Positions 10,377 to 22,789 of a stretch of 64,000 nt of DNA are shown here, one piece after another; positions within the stretch are counted from its first letter, which is position 1, and each line of letters opens with the position of its first letter. The notes below the pieces were generated by a model. That model did not search any database. It was not told where the DNA came from and worked only from the letters and a program-made list of their open reading frames with translations. A program made the position numbers and the translations under genes. The stretch comes from Danionella cerebrum. Its lineage: Eukaryota. The stretch covers positions 363,535 to 427,534 of the forward strand of contig SRMA01025353.1 of NCBI GenBank assembly GCA_007224835.1, written 5' to 3'.

Positions 10377-10760
10377 CAGTGGTTCTCAAACTTTTTTGGT
10401 AAAGCCCCTCTTTAAACATTTAAAAGAATCTGGGCCCCCCAAAATGTAAAATACATATTATTTAATAATTAATTAATAATTATTCTAATGTAAAATAAAT
10501 GTAACTACTTCTTAATGTTAAATGACACATTATTTATAACTTATTCAAGTGACAATTCAGTATGGATGCAGAAACTTCGTTGCAGCTACCATAGCAATGG
10601 CATTGTGGGAAATGTAGTTTTTTTTCAAACATTAAAAACTTTTAAGCTTTCGCGGGCCAGGGCCTTGAGTTTAACACATGTGCTCTACATCTTTTGGCTG
10701 TTTATTTTAGCAGTGCCTGGGCGACCTCCACTTTGAAAACCACTGTTGTAGATCTCTACA
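10377..10760. mobile_element. MITE-like non-autonomous element bounded by ~17-20 bp terminal inverted repeats (cagtggttctcaaac ... gtttgaaaaccactg)
   Basis: tcagtggttctcaaactttttt at 10377 and ccactttgaaaaccactgttg at ~10728 are reverse complements. There is no coding capacity between them. Confidence 0.4.
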
Positions 10761-11184
10761 ATTAACCGTCTTAAACATTCTGAGGAGGGTGATTTAAAAA
10801 AAAAAAAATTGGTTTAAGATTTATTTTACCTTAAAGTAATGCATTATTTAAGGGCATGTTAAACTATTCAATTAAAAATGTTAAGTGTTGCATCCAGTAA
10901 GACACTAAAAACATTAAATTATTGACCCACATCTGTTCTTATACAATAAATACCAGTAGTGATTATTATCATACAAACATCTCACTTGATGAATATATAA
11001 TAGACAAAATATTTATAAAAAATTTAGTTTTTCCTTCACATCTAACAGTAGAAAATGTATACTAAACAGTAGCATAAAAAATGAGTAATGTACAAGGTAA
11101 ACAAGAAGAGACAAAAGCACAACAACAGGAAGAAAACAGGCATTTTCAATAAGTCTTTTAGTAATATTTAGTCACTTCTTCATA

Positions 11185-11301
11185 TCACTTCTTTTTGTTC
11201 TCCTTGCAGGCTACAACATATCTCTGTGCTACGTTGAGGGGTGGAGAATATCCATCAGCATATGATGTGTCCTCAAACAGAACAGAATAGTCATCTTGAG
11301 G
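11185..11301 (-). CDS. sgf29: sgf29 terminal coding exon (PQDDYSVLFEDTSYADGYSPPLNVAQRYVVACKENKKK, stop TGA)
   Basis: Matches human PQDDYSVLFEDTSYADGYSPPLNVAQRYVVACKEPKKK. The nine reconstructed exons total 293 codons, matching human SGF29 length. Confidence 0.9.
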   Translation of the reverse strand, partial: PQDDYSVLFEDTSYADGYSPPLNVAQRYVVACKENKKK

Positions 11302-11447
11302 CTGGAAAAGAGGTCAGATTTCTCAATCAAATGACTCTTCAATCATACAAAGCTATTCAAACAATGTAACAACTCTGTAGCTTGATTGGCTTGAGAAAAA
11401 CTTGTCACAGAGTTGTTTTTTACTATTTTTGATCTTGTTCCCCTCAC

Positions 11448-11610
11448 CCGATGTGGTGGTGTGTGGATCAGAGCTCGGTAAAAGCAAGTCGTCTGTGGAT
11501 AGAGGGCTAGAACAAGCTGATCTTTACTGAACAGAGCCTCTGGGTCTGTCTCAGGGTTTGCCTTCCACTGTGGGAGAGGAATGATTCTTCTTCGACTTAA
11601 AGTGTGTCTC
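11448..11610 (-). CDS. sgf29: sgf29 coding exon 8 (RHTLSRRRIIPLPQWKANPETDPEALFSKDQLVLALYPQTTCFYRALIHTPPHR); Tudor domain
   Basis: Matches human RHTLSRRRVIPLPQWKANPETDPEALFQKEQLVLALYPQTTCFYRALIHAPPQR. Acceptor gtgttcag, donor GTGAGG. Confidence 0.9.
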
Positions 11611-12621
11611 CTGAACACAAGAGTAAATAAGAAACAATGAGCTTATCACAGTTTGTTTGTGAGTTATTAAATAGAACTAAAATGACACAATCATGGAAAT
11701 GTTTGAGGTGCTAGAACACATTTTTTTAAGATAATAACATGAATACTTGGTCTGCTTTAGACACATACCAATAAACTATCCAATCACTGAGTGATTACGT
11801 GAATACATTAATGAACTGCAAAAATATGCATGAAAGTATTTATTAATTTATACGCGAAACTCTCAGGATCACTTTTTGAAAGTGAATTTTATGAATGGTT
11901 GACAGTACTCATGTGACAGGACTCTCAAATGTTCAAAAAGTAAACGCTGCAATCTGACAGTTTAATTCTCACAGGGCTGTGGGTAAAGCCAGCAAATCGT
12001 TTAACGTCCGGTAAATACAACAGAGCTTGATAAGTTTACCACCAAGATAGTTTCATCAATGGTAGTCAACATTATACGTGAATTAAATGTGATGTTGCCC
12101 TTTATTTCAGGACCACAATATCTGGTCCATGTGTTAACAATGATCACTCGATCAACAAATCTGAGCAAATCTTTTCTACACTGCTATATGAAAAACTGCC
12201 AGTGAACAATGCGCGGAAGAAAATGTGCAGGAGATAAAAAAAACACTCCTTGGTATTTAATGAATTTATGGCTGATAAAAGTGAGGTGTGAAAGTGGATT
12301 GTTGGCTAAACATCTGAAGCCTTTCACACAGTTTTCTGGAAATATTTCAGGAAACTTGAAGCCGCATTCTGATTGGTTCACCTTGACGGGATTTCCAGGA
12401 GAAGCCCTTTTTTCTCGTTTGTTGCACATAGGTCAGTTGTTATGGTGTGAGATTAATACGCCCCCAAACATTACGCTATGCGAAATTGATTGTCACTCAA
12501 ATACCGTCGTGGGTGGGTCATGGCCAAAGAACCATTTCTGAGGCAAATTATAAAAGGGCAGGGCACTTTTATTTACCACAAAAATGACTTTAAAAGATTA
12601 CGAAATTCTAAGTGTACGTAC

Positions 12622-12657
12622 TCTTTTCCTTCTTCATCGATGTCATCTACTTCATAC
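12622..12657 (-). CDS. sgf29: sgf29 coding exon 7, a 36-nt micro-exon (KYEVDDIDEEGKE)
   Basis: Encodes exactly the human KYEVDDIDEEGKE segment. Acceptor tttattag, donor GTACGT. It is required to keep exons 6 and 8 in frame. Confidence 0.8.
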
Positions 12658-12739
12658 CTAATAAAGACAGCAAAACCGTGCAACGTTAGCATTCATATAA
12701 TCACACGCAAAGACTAAAAATCAGAGAACAGATGAATAC

Positions 12740-12886
12740 TTGTTAGTTGAATGGTTGTAGCTGACAACTTCTGCAAGAATCCACTGTTCATCCCCATCCA
12801 CGGCCTTCACACGTGCCGCGACCTTATCCCCCTGCTTAGCTACATAGTCACTGCTCGCTGGTATAGCACCACACAATGGAGGAGGA
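12740..12886 (-). CDS. sgf29: sgf29 coding exon 6 (SPPPLCGAIPASSDYVAKQGDKVAARVKAVDGDEQWILAEVVSYNHSTN); start of the tandem Tudor region
   Basis: Near-identical to human KPPPLCGAIPASGDYVARPGDKVAARVKAVDGDEQWILAEVVSYSHATN. Donor GTATTC. Confidence 0.85.
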
Positions 12887-12973
12887 CTGAAGATGTAGCA
12901 GAATATTAGTCTCAATATTCATTTCCCAAAGCAAACAGGCGATAAATCAAAATAATGTTTGTTGAAAGGCTAC

Positions 12974-13103
12974 CTCTCTCCAGGTTTGCCAATCCATAGT
13001 GGAAGGGTCATGGCTGACTGTTGTAAGAGGGTCATCAGGACACCTCTACGCATGGTCTTTCTGGGTGGGTCAGAGTCACTGTACACTCCAGCCATCCTAG
13101 CCG
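12974..13103 (-). CDS. sgf29: sgf29 coding exon 5 (AARMAGVYSDSDPPRKTMRRGVLMTLLQQSAMTLPLWIGKPGE)
   Basis: Matches human AAKIAGLYNDSEPPRKTMRRGVLMTLLQQSAMTLPLWIGKPGD. Acceptor tctacag, donor GTAGCC. Confidence 0.85.
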
Positions 13104-13169
13104 CTGTAGAGATCGAAAACCATCAAATCAGAATACAATCCGATTTACACAGTAGGAACCAAGACTTAC

Positions 13170-13234
13170 CAATCCGTCTCTCCTCCAAAAGGGACTTAAT
13201 TTCAGCAATCTTGTCAAGTGCCCTTCGAAGTATA
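13170..13234 (-). CDS. sgf29: sgf29 coding exon 4 (SILRRALDKIAEIKSLLEERRI)
   Basis: Matches human NILRKALDKIAEIKSLLEERRI. Acceptor ttcacag, donor GTAAGT. Confidence 0.85.
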
Positions 13235-13857
13235 CTGTGAAAGGGACGTAAATAAGAACGATCTTTATAAAAGATCAAAGCACTTAGACAGGCTAGCAAC
13301 GTAAAATGATTTCTAGTTTTATAAAACAAAATGCTGTAAACAAATACTGCTTTGGCTGCATGTTTGGGGTCCCTGATGGATAAGCATCTATACATTTCTC
13401 AGCATTGAGAAAACCATTAATCCTGAACAAATTTCCAACTCCATTTGCAGAAATGCAGCCACAAACATTCAAGGAACCTCCACCATGCTTCAGTGTTGGC
13501 TACAGACACTTATTATAGCATCGCTCCTTTCTGCTACAGCTAAATGTTTAAAATCGTGAGTCATCAGTGCAGTGTCAGGCCTGCCTTTAAATTTGCACCG
13601 TGCTGTATCTAAGTGAATTAAAGATAAATATGTGATGAATACATTTTTAAAATAATGTTTAACATGATGTGACTCTTCTGGGGGAGCAAAAGAACCACAA
13701 GATGGAGCCACATCATTGGATGCTTATATATTTTAACATTGTACACAAGTAGTAGGAAATGTATTTTCTGTCCTTTTGGCTCATCAAAAACAACAACAAC
13801 AAAAAAACAACAACGATACTCTACAAATTAAATAGATGGACATCTAAATCAAGTTAC

Positions 13858-13930
13858 CTGCATTCAGCTTCAGCATCAGCTTTAGCCGTTGTGTACAGAC
13901 CCCGCAATTTTGTTCGGTAATATGGAGAAG
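13858..13930 (-). CDS. sgf29: sgf29 coding exon 3 (TSPYYRTKLRGLYTTAKADAEAEC)
   Basis: Matches human ISPYYRTKLRGLYTTAKADAEAEC. Acceptor ctccttag, donor GTAACT. Confidence 0.85.
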
Positions 13931-14022
13931 CTAAGGAGTAAGAATATGGAAATCAAATGATGTCTTAATCTGAAAAGCTGTTTATTTGTAACTGTTCTCA
14001 CAATGTCAAACACATGTCTTAC

Positions 14023-14098
14023 TCTTATTTTCAGTCTGCATCCTCTCATGAGTTTTCTGGATGTTGAGGAGGTTGTGTTCACTTCTAGATCGCTCTTC
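14023..14098 (-). CDS. sgf29: sgf29 coding exon 2 (EERSRSEHNLLNIQKTHERMQTENK)
   Basis: Matches human EERSRSEHNLVNIQKTHERMQTENK. Acceptor aaacacag, donor GTAAGA. Confidence 0.85.
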
Positions 14099-14283
14099 CT
14101 GTGTTTGAACCATCAGGGTTTTAAAATACGAGGTGCAATGCACAGGAAAGCAAACTATGTTTGAATAATATCAAATGACATTTTATTAAACGGCTAGTGG
14201 TTATCCTAATCAATGCTTTTGGATTCTTTCAAAGCATGCGTTCTCAGATAACTGCTTTGAATATTTGTGCAAGTGCATCTCAC

Positions 14284-14358
14284 CTGAGTTTGCTTGATGA
14301 AGTGATGCAGCTCATTCAGGAGCTCCACGATTTTGGTGTCGGCTGACACCAAAGCCAT
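14284..14358 (-). CDS. sgf29: SAGA complex associated factor 29, coding exon 1 (MALVSADTKIVELLNELHHFIKQTQ)
   Basis: Matches human SGF29 MALVSADSRIAELLTELHQLIKQTQ. ATG at 14358-14356, donor GTGAGA. Confidence 0.85.
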
Positions 14359-17300
14359 TGTGCCTGCAGGAGGGATTGTGGATTAGTAGTTGTATAAATT
14401 CACTTTTCCAAGTTATAACTAATAAATGTAAGTCAACAGAATTAAAACAAAAAAGAAATCTTTGATAAAATAACGTTTTATTGATTAAACCATGTATTTA
14501 GTAATTAAACTGGACTATTTTCGTTTTATAAAGCAATAGTAAAATCAGCAATCCCTTAATAACAATTAATTTAGATAAATGTAGCTACGCGGCAGACCAC
14601 TTGAATGCATGATGCTAGCACGCACAGATTAGCAAGAAAACAGCAAATCTCACCTTTAAACAAACAGCTAGCCTATAACCTTCAAACTACCCTTGTGTTG
14701 ATACGTGAACTATAATTAAAAAATATTTATTAATAAAATGGTCGCTTTCCCAAAAAGAAAGTACGCCTTTGTTTACGCTTTTGGGTCGTTAGCTTTTTAG
14801 CTCCTTCTTCTTCTGGTGTTTTATTGGCAGTTTGGAGCCTAGCTCTTTGGAGCATTACTGCCACCATCTGGGTTGCAGTTTGAGTGCAAGATGGATAAAG
14901 GAAAAAAATGTAATCATGAATATGTACTGTATATTTTTTTTATACATCGATAATCCATATGGTGTAAAAATCGTATTTATATACACACATCTATCTTACA
15001 GTTTTTGATCTCTGATATCCATCCTAAAATAAATTTCTTGTACTTTTAAGGAATATTAATATATTTTTATAAGATCTAGTGTCCTTTAATAAAATCTTTT
15101 TTCTTAGTTCTATCAGAATTGTTCTTTCTACATCATATGCTATAATTATATGTTCTATATTCTACATTTGAGCTCATTAGCTAGGCCTTATATGGATCCT
15201 TTGAAAGGATCGTGGCGTATTTTCCAAACGTGTTTTTACCGTATTTTTAGTGGGTCATTTACTTTTACTACTAGCTTATAATGAATATAATGACGCACAT
15301 ATACTTCTTAAATGTAATTATTCTACTTAAATATTTGTCACGTTATGTAAAAAAAAAAGCAAATTGTTTAAAATGTGCAGTTTTAAATGGCCATCCTTAT
15401 CTCCATCGTTTGGGTAAATGACAGATTCCACATGTTTTTGAGGTTTCCAAAAATGTATTTCATAATTTACATAATTAACAATTTAGTTGTCAAATTATTA
15501 TTTAATGTATTTTATTTCTTAATGTTATTTAATTCAAATAAGTTTTTGTTGACTGGGAATATCTTTGGTCTAAAAATGCCTTTAGTGGATAATGTGACCG
15601 AAAACAAGAATCCAGACAAGATTGTGAATGATTACTGATAAGCGGTTGTTAATTTAGAAATCTGGATATGGAATAAAATGATGAAGAGAGGCTGAGAGAT
15701 TAGATGGATTTGCAGAATTGTGTTTTCATAGCATAAAATGGAGTTTCTTGGCACAACCCAAATCTGTGTAAATATTTACAGTACAGCACACTCTCACATG
15801 ATCAGAATGAAGCCAAGGCAAAGATAAACAACAGACAGATCTGTGTTAAACTTGGGGAGCTGGTGGTTGTATTATGACTATAGAAACTCTGTTCGCCAAA
15901 ACACGCTGAGAGCTACTTCAACCTCGCTGTAAAAACTAGCACAATGTGTTCTACTCCCTGTGATTCTTTATGACAGCAATAAATGTTTATTTTTCCTTAT
16001 TTCTCCTGAAGCTTTCACTCATGTAGCACATTTTCATGATAGTAGGAAAAATATGAACGTATTGCACTGAAACGGTTTCCCCCTGAATAACACTTTCCAA
16101 AAATATCCAGTAGAGTCAGTCCTCATCAATCTCTGCCAAATTCCACTAGAAGGGATATAGATATTTTTAATGGCATGTGCTTATATTAACGCATATATTC
16201 TAAAATGGTTCATTATTTAAAACGTTTACCATTTTGTCTTTTGGCATGCTTTCTGAAATAATATGTGCCTTGCCCTTTGAAATGTGGCATTTGACCAGAC
16301 CATTCTGACCTGCGTGAAAAAAACCTTGAACATCAAATACAATTCTGCTTAATCTTTCAGCTCTAGTCTATTTGCCTTTTCATTTATTGTGAAATACTGT
16401 ATGCAAGAAACAAAGCAGCCACACACAGACTATGTGCTACTGTGCCAATTGCAGCAGATGGCATTCAATGCCCCTTTTGCTGATGAAGACAGAGCCCTAT
16501 GCAGAAGAATGAGTCATGTTTGATGAGTTTATCTAGAAAAAAATAAAATTAAATAGTCATTGTGTGAAGACATGGTGTGGAGAAAACAGCAAGACTAATT
16601 AAAACACATCGTTTGGCTTTCAAATGACCATAACTGGATCTGTGTCCTGATCAAAGCATAAAAAATGCAGTTTATTAAGCTTTGCATGCTCCCCAAAGAC
16701 TTTATTTTAACTAAAGGATCAGGTTAGTGGGTCACAGTCCAGAGAGAGGGACGTGAGAAGTTTGAACACAGAGTCAGGTGTAAAATTACTGTGATAAACA
16801 TTAACTGGAATAATCTAATCTCTGTCAGATAAAAGCAAACACTCAGACTAAACTGTGTGTTAAAGGGATAGTTCCACTTAATAATCAAAATGTTCAGCTT
16901 TAAGTTCCTCCATTTCTTATTTTTGTTTGTCTTAAAAACACGTAGAACTGCAATTTATATCACAAAATTCAAAACTGCTTATATCCCATATTTCCAATAT
17001 GTTTCTCAGAGTTTTTGTCGAGTTTTTGGAGTTGGTTTAAATAAAAGAATAAAAAGTGTGTTTTGTTTAAATCTGCAAATATGACTACTTTTAATTAAAT
17101 AAACTATGATAATAATGATAATTGGCAGCACGGTGGTGCAGTGTGTAGCCTGCCTTTGACCTGAAGTGCACCAGCAGAACCCTGTGATCCTAAAAAGGAT
17201 GAAGTGAGTAAAGAAAATGAATGAATCAGGCTATACTGTAAAATAACAATTAAATAATGTATTGTGTTACATTTACTTTTACCTATATTTTTAGTCATTT

Positions 17301-17359
17301 TTCAGAGTAAATTTTGTAGACGCACTGTGCGATTTTAGTCAGATCTAAAAACAATTTTT

Positions 17360-17955
17360 AAATAATTACTTAGCAAACAAAATGCTGAGAATGAATAAAA
17401 GAGAAATCGAAGATACCAAAAGTAATATTTGGTGTAGCCACCCTTTATGGCAGCAATTATTTTCGGTGCCCTTGAACACTTTATGAAGGAACTCTGCTGG
17501 TGGTTGTTCCAAACATCTCGGGGGAACTAAGCACAGATCTTCTCTCTTCATGTAATCCCAGACACTTGTTGATGTTGAGATCAGAGCTCTGTGCGAGGCG
17601 TGCCACCACTTCCACTACACGTTGTCCTCTTTTTACTCTGAAAAAAGTTCTTAATCACTTTTCCTTCATGTTTGGGCTCATTGTCCTGCTGCAGAATACG
17701 CATGTGGCAAATCATACGCCTCCCTGATTGTATTGCATGATGGATAAGTATCTGCCTGTATTTCTCAGGCATCATTAATCGTGACAAAATCTCCAAGTAA
17801 TTTGCAGAAATGCTGCTCCAAATGTTCAAGGAACCATTCTCCAGCCCCATGAACAAACTACATTCTGGGTGTACCTGGAACCCACTTTTTTCTGCAAGAT
17901 CTTGGGGTGTGCAGTAATTTCTATTAGTTCTTATTGTTGCTTGATCATACACCTA
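17360..17955 (-). mobile_element. Tc1-like transposase remnant (ILQQDNEPKHEGKVIKNFF)
   Basis: Track ORF 17581-17952 (-) carries the Tc1 QQDN(D/E)PKH motif. Similar remnants occur at ~13380-13500, ~30890-31250 and ~33720-33800. Confidence 0.65.
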
Positions 17956-18331
17956 GCTTGAATCCGGCCTGGTGAGGTCTATAATTAACATTCTCTGGCA
18001 CCCTTTGATGACTTTTCACTGTGAAAATAACAGAATCACATGAGCAGTTTTGTCTATAATACATGGAAAAATAAAAATAGACCTACATTGATAGACAAAA
18101 GAAACATGTCATGTGCTCTAAAGGACAGTCTGCTTGACAAACAAACATGAACTCCGATGATGCAACTGGTTTCTGGTCATGTCGACCCATCATCCTCCTC
18201 CTCAGCTCGAGGAGAAGAAGGCGGAGCGACGCCTTTAAAAGAACACGACTGGCTGCATGTAAACAACACAGAAGAACTCGGGACGATTGTTTAGTAGTTT
18301 CTCAAATTTATTATCATCCTTCGCTGTGAAA

Positions 18332-18431
18332 ATGAGCAACCACGTCGACGTGAAAAACATTGAACCCACCACTTTTGAGGACCGCTACTACGATGAATAT
18401 GAATATTATAACTTGACAGACCGCTACACCG
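18332..18431 (+). CDS. nupr1: nuclear protein 1 (p8 stress protein), coding exon 1 (MSNHVDVKNIEPTTFEDRYYDEYEYYNLTDRYT)
   Basis: First in-frame ATG. Donor GTAAGC in phase 1. The product joins exon 2 to give a ~75-aa protein, as expected for NUPR1. Confidence 0.7.
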
Positions 18432-18525
18432 GTAAGCTTTTTCCTTGTACTTTTATTTTAAATACTTTTTAACGCGTTGTTGTGTCTTATTTTAAGTTCC
18501 CTTACGCATTTCCTGTGTTTACCAG

Positions 18526-18653
18526 AGTGCACTAGTCGTAAAGGCAGGTCGAAGAAGGAGGCGAGCGCGAACACCAACAGACCCAACCCCGCGGGCCATG
18601 AGCGCAAAATAGTGGAAAAACTACAGAACGCAGAGAAGAAATCCAAAGAGTGA
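18526..18653 (+). CDS. nupr1: nupr1 coding exon 2 (ECTSRKGRSKKEASANTNRPNPAGHERKIVEKLQNAEKKSKE, stop TGA)
   Basis: Matches human NUPR1 GGRKGRTKREAAANTNRPSPGGHERKLVTKLQNSERKKRGARR. Acceptor gtttaccag. Confidence 0.8.
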
Positions 18654-19018
18654 CTCAAAAAGGTGAGTTAAAACACCCACCGACCGATTTGCAAAATAAA
18701 ATAAAACGTTGCTAACTGTATGTCCGTGTTTTTCCAATAGATTCAAACGGACGGCTTTAACTGGCAAGCGACCACTGGTGTCTGTGCGGGTCATGAGCGC
18801 GAGGCTTGAGAAAGTCCGCCCCGAGATCAAAGCTCGATGAGCGGCCTGAGACTGGGAAAAGCTCCAGCTCCAAGGAATCAGGAGTTTTGTCATGCGCAGA
18901 ACTTGTTCAGAGGAACCGATATGTCTGGGATGGGAAACGCCCATTTTATAGAGTGTAGTTTGCACCGTGTTTGTTTAAACGTTTTAAATGGTGAATCATT
19001 TTAAAAGCTACTTTTATA

Positions 19019-19024
19019 AATAAA
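19019..19024 (+). terminator. nupr1: AATAAA poly(A) signal, probably for nupr1, ~370 nt after the stop
   Basis: ttttatAAATAAAgacacg. No other gene is nearby on the plus strand. Confidence 0.35.
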
Positions 19025-22000
19025 GACACGTTTTTCTTTAAACCCTGATGTAATTTGTCTTTGTATGGGTCTCCTAAAGGGCTGTGATGTTGGGTGCAAA
19101 CATTAGGGTAGGAGAAATGCATGCAATCTTCCACAATATGAGTGAAAGTACAATGATTAAAAAAAATAAAATCAAACGTATCTGCCTAGAACTCATTAAA
19201 ATAGGCAATGCATTTATTTTTAGTTCTCAGCGCCACCTATCTATCTTCCAGTTAAAACATCAGAGTGAGAGTTTGTCTTTGGCCAATAGAGGGCAGGAGT
19301 GCTGCAGTTAAAGAGAAAATGAACCCTGCAAATGAATTTCGACTGAAGTGGATCGAATTTCGTTTAAGAGCAGTTCAATACCCTTATTAGTATCCTTTCA
19401 ACCAGAGCTAGAAGTGGTGTAAACAAATGCAAGCCATTCACATGCAGAGGATCTCTGTTTTCACACAAAAAACAATTTCTCATCAATACAAGTTTGCAGC
19501 AGATATTATTATTTGGCAATTATTTTTACAAGCTGCTCATGTGTGCCTCAATCATTTAAAAAAATAAATAAATCAGTGACTGCAGTGACTTAATGGAAAC
19601 AAGAGGTTTTACTTCTAAAAGTCTTAAATGAACACCTTTTATTGAAATCAACAGGTGCTTAAACATCTGTTTTAGGCTGATTCAACATGTACAGAGACAA
19701 ACCAATGCATTAGATTAAACCTAATCAGTTGAAGGCCGCTGGAATCTTTCTAGGTTGATCAGTTTGATCTCCTTTTGACTCTCCAAACGTGCATTGAATG
19801 TTATCAGCAGCAAGTGAAGGTCAATGGCCCTCATCTGTAGTCCAAAAGCTCACGGCGGTGTACTGTATGAGCCAAGGAAGTATATAATATATAAACAGCT
19901 GCTGGACTGTGATCAACATGCCAAATTCCAGAAAAAGCATGATGATTAAAACTGATACGTAATGTTTTCATGCTCTTTAATTAGTGGCAAAGCAGCAAAT
20001 CTGCAAAGGCATCTATTGTTTCTGTGGGTTTTCCTTTTCTTCTACTGTTTCCATCAGTGCATTAATGGTAGCCCATAGAGCTGCAGAAGGTTATGAAATT
20101 TTGCACACTGATAGATGAGAGTCTGACCATTAACCACCCCAGTTTTTAGGTCTCTGACTCAAACTCTCTAGTGCTACCACTAGTTTCACCTGTGTTTATC
20201 CTAAAAGGTTATGTACCATATGGAACCAAATGTAGGAACCATATGTTTTGCCCAAATTCTAAACCTAATTAAATTATCCATTTTTATTTCGTTTCAAAAA
20301 CCTTCTTTTGTGAATTTATCCTAGGCCGCGTGTCTGATATTCTCAAAATTTTATCCAAATCATCTACTGACTGATCCAAATACACGTTTGGAATTGAAAT
20401 TGGTACTGCTTTTGATGAGCTTGTGAATAACTTGAGTAACACTTGCTAAAATCTTCACAAAGCTTTAGTGAATTGACACCAAACTTGCTGTATGTTGTAA
20501 CAGTTGTCTTAGGTTGCATGCACAGATTTTGAGCAGTGCCCCCTTGTGGCATGGTGATTTTATTATTATTATTATTTTTATTATGCTTATAATTCACATG
20601 TCATTATGGAATGAGTTTCAATGCATACAAAGTGTAAAGCTGAGATAATTGCCCAACATTACCATGTCAGCCATTTTGATTTATGTCAAAAACCACAGTA
20701 CGGGTATTTTGTAAACATATTTGTTGGGGAAAGTGAACCGTTCCCTCTCCGTTTTGTGGAGGAAGAGCAGTTGACCCCTTCTGATTCCATCTCAATCTTG
20801 TCAAAATAGTACAGGTCTTCCCCCTGAGTCATAAATTTAAATGTTTATAACATAACTTCTCCAATATAAAGTACATTCAGATAATAGAACAAACGTTGAC
20901 ATGTATGTTTGAAACCTAATTTTATTGTGAAAACAATAAGGTAAAATGTTTAAACACTGCAATAACCTTTGCTACCTTTATTCTAATGTCAAAAATCTGC
21001 CCTTGCCCTTTTCCTTGGGTCATAGTTGTCTGAACTTCCTGTCGGTCATATTTAAACCTACTTCTTCAAACCTCCCAGAATCAGGACATCTCAGACCTTT
21101 CTAGATTTTCTAGAGTTACGATTTATTGTTGACATGACTAGCTTGGTGGCGCCGTGTCAAGTTGATTCCTAAGCTCTATCTTTGGAATAAGAAAAGCTCT
21201 CAAATCATTTGACGAATCGTCGTCAAAGCCTAAGGCTGACCATAAAGAATCAGTAGGCAACAGTGACACTTATTTGCCAAAATTCATACAGCTTTAAATA
21301 ATGTTCAAATGCATATCAGTTTGTTTATAATCATATCAAAATGTCTTTGTTTCCACGTCTGATGCTGTTTCAGCTTACACCTTGCCTGCGAAAAGCTTGG
21401 CCCTGTATCACCGCTTTGCAGCAATCTTTCTTTCATATGTTTGTGTTCACATTGAATGAAGGGACAAGAATAGTTTCCTCATCTCGACTTCCCCTTGGCA
21501 CCTTGCTAGCAAGCACAAGATAATCCATTTATGCCACACTCCTACAGAAACACGTGGCTGTGAAACCTTGTTCCTTACACCGTAACAAACACAGTTTGAA
21601 TTTTTCATGTACACATCTTAAGATATAAACATGATACAGTGAACCTGAGCCTTTCTGAAAACTAATGCTATTAATCCAGAAGAGAAAACTGTTGCATCAC
21701 TGAACTAGTTCCTCTATATGTTTCATGAATCTTTTCATTTCACCAAGCTAAAGGTCATTTGTTCAAATTGAAAAGCTTGTAAAAATTAGTATTTTTACAT
21801 ATAGGCCAGTTTAAATGTCTGATATCTGATATAATGGTGGATGTAAGTGGTAGATTACTCACCAACATCTTGGAACAATAGAATACAAGCAAAATACAAA
21901 TTTAAATGTAAAGCTAATCTGAAAGCAACAGTAGTGTTGTGTGACGACCCTCTGGTCTCTTAATTATTTCTGCATTTATTTGTGTTGGCTTTAATTTTTT

Positions 22001-22789
22001 GTGTAAAACCATTAAAACAAAAAAAAAGTATTTTTAGACATTGCCAGTGCTTTAATGTGACTAACTTGACTTTGGAGCAGTTGGATTCAAAGTATTATGT
22101 TTACTCCTCATCTCCCAGTCCATCGTATCTCTACAGGTACGGAAGCTCCTCCTGTTACCTAGCAACAAGCCTTTGGAAATTCCAAAAGAGACCCAGAAAC
22201 CATACTTTTCCTCCCAGTGCACATTGTGTTAGTGTCTGTGTGTGCGTAGGTTAAGATAGATGAGTGTGAGGAGTACACACGTAAAAGTCAGAAACTCCGC
22301 TCAGTGTGTCAGATGTGCTTGTGTTTATGTCTGATCATCATTCTGAGCATCTGGTGGCACTCACAGTCAGAGCCTGTGCTGAAAACAATGCAAGAGTGCT
22401 TTGCTGAGAGCGTTTGTGTGTGATTTCATGCATGAGAGCTTTGGGTCAGCACTACGTCTGCATGTGTGGGTCGGTGTTTAGATATTCATAGCACACTTTG
22501 ACTTGATCCCGATCTTCCTATCTGCACTCGCGGTCAGTGTGCTAATGTGGCTGGCATCGTGTTTCTCATTATTTGCCTGTGTGCATTAGTCTGTGTTTTT
22601 GTTTGTGTACTTGGACGTGGAAGAATCGAATAGAAGAATTCTAATACACATTTTGACACAACGATGCTAAAAAGTGAAAACAAATGTACACAAATAGAAA
22701 CTCATTTGAGATGTGTTTACAACTAGATCGCTAAAGTTTGTGGACAAGCTTTTAAAAGTTGGCCTGTAAAAGTGCTCTTTAAAAGTGTT

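Noticed and set aside
15387-15638. 83-aa ORF in an AT-rich region upstream of sgf29
   Set aside because: Extremely AT-rich with Ile/Asn/Phe/Leu bias, and no homology or splice sites. It is a typical random ORF in AT-rich intergenic DNA.
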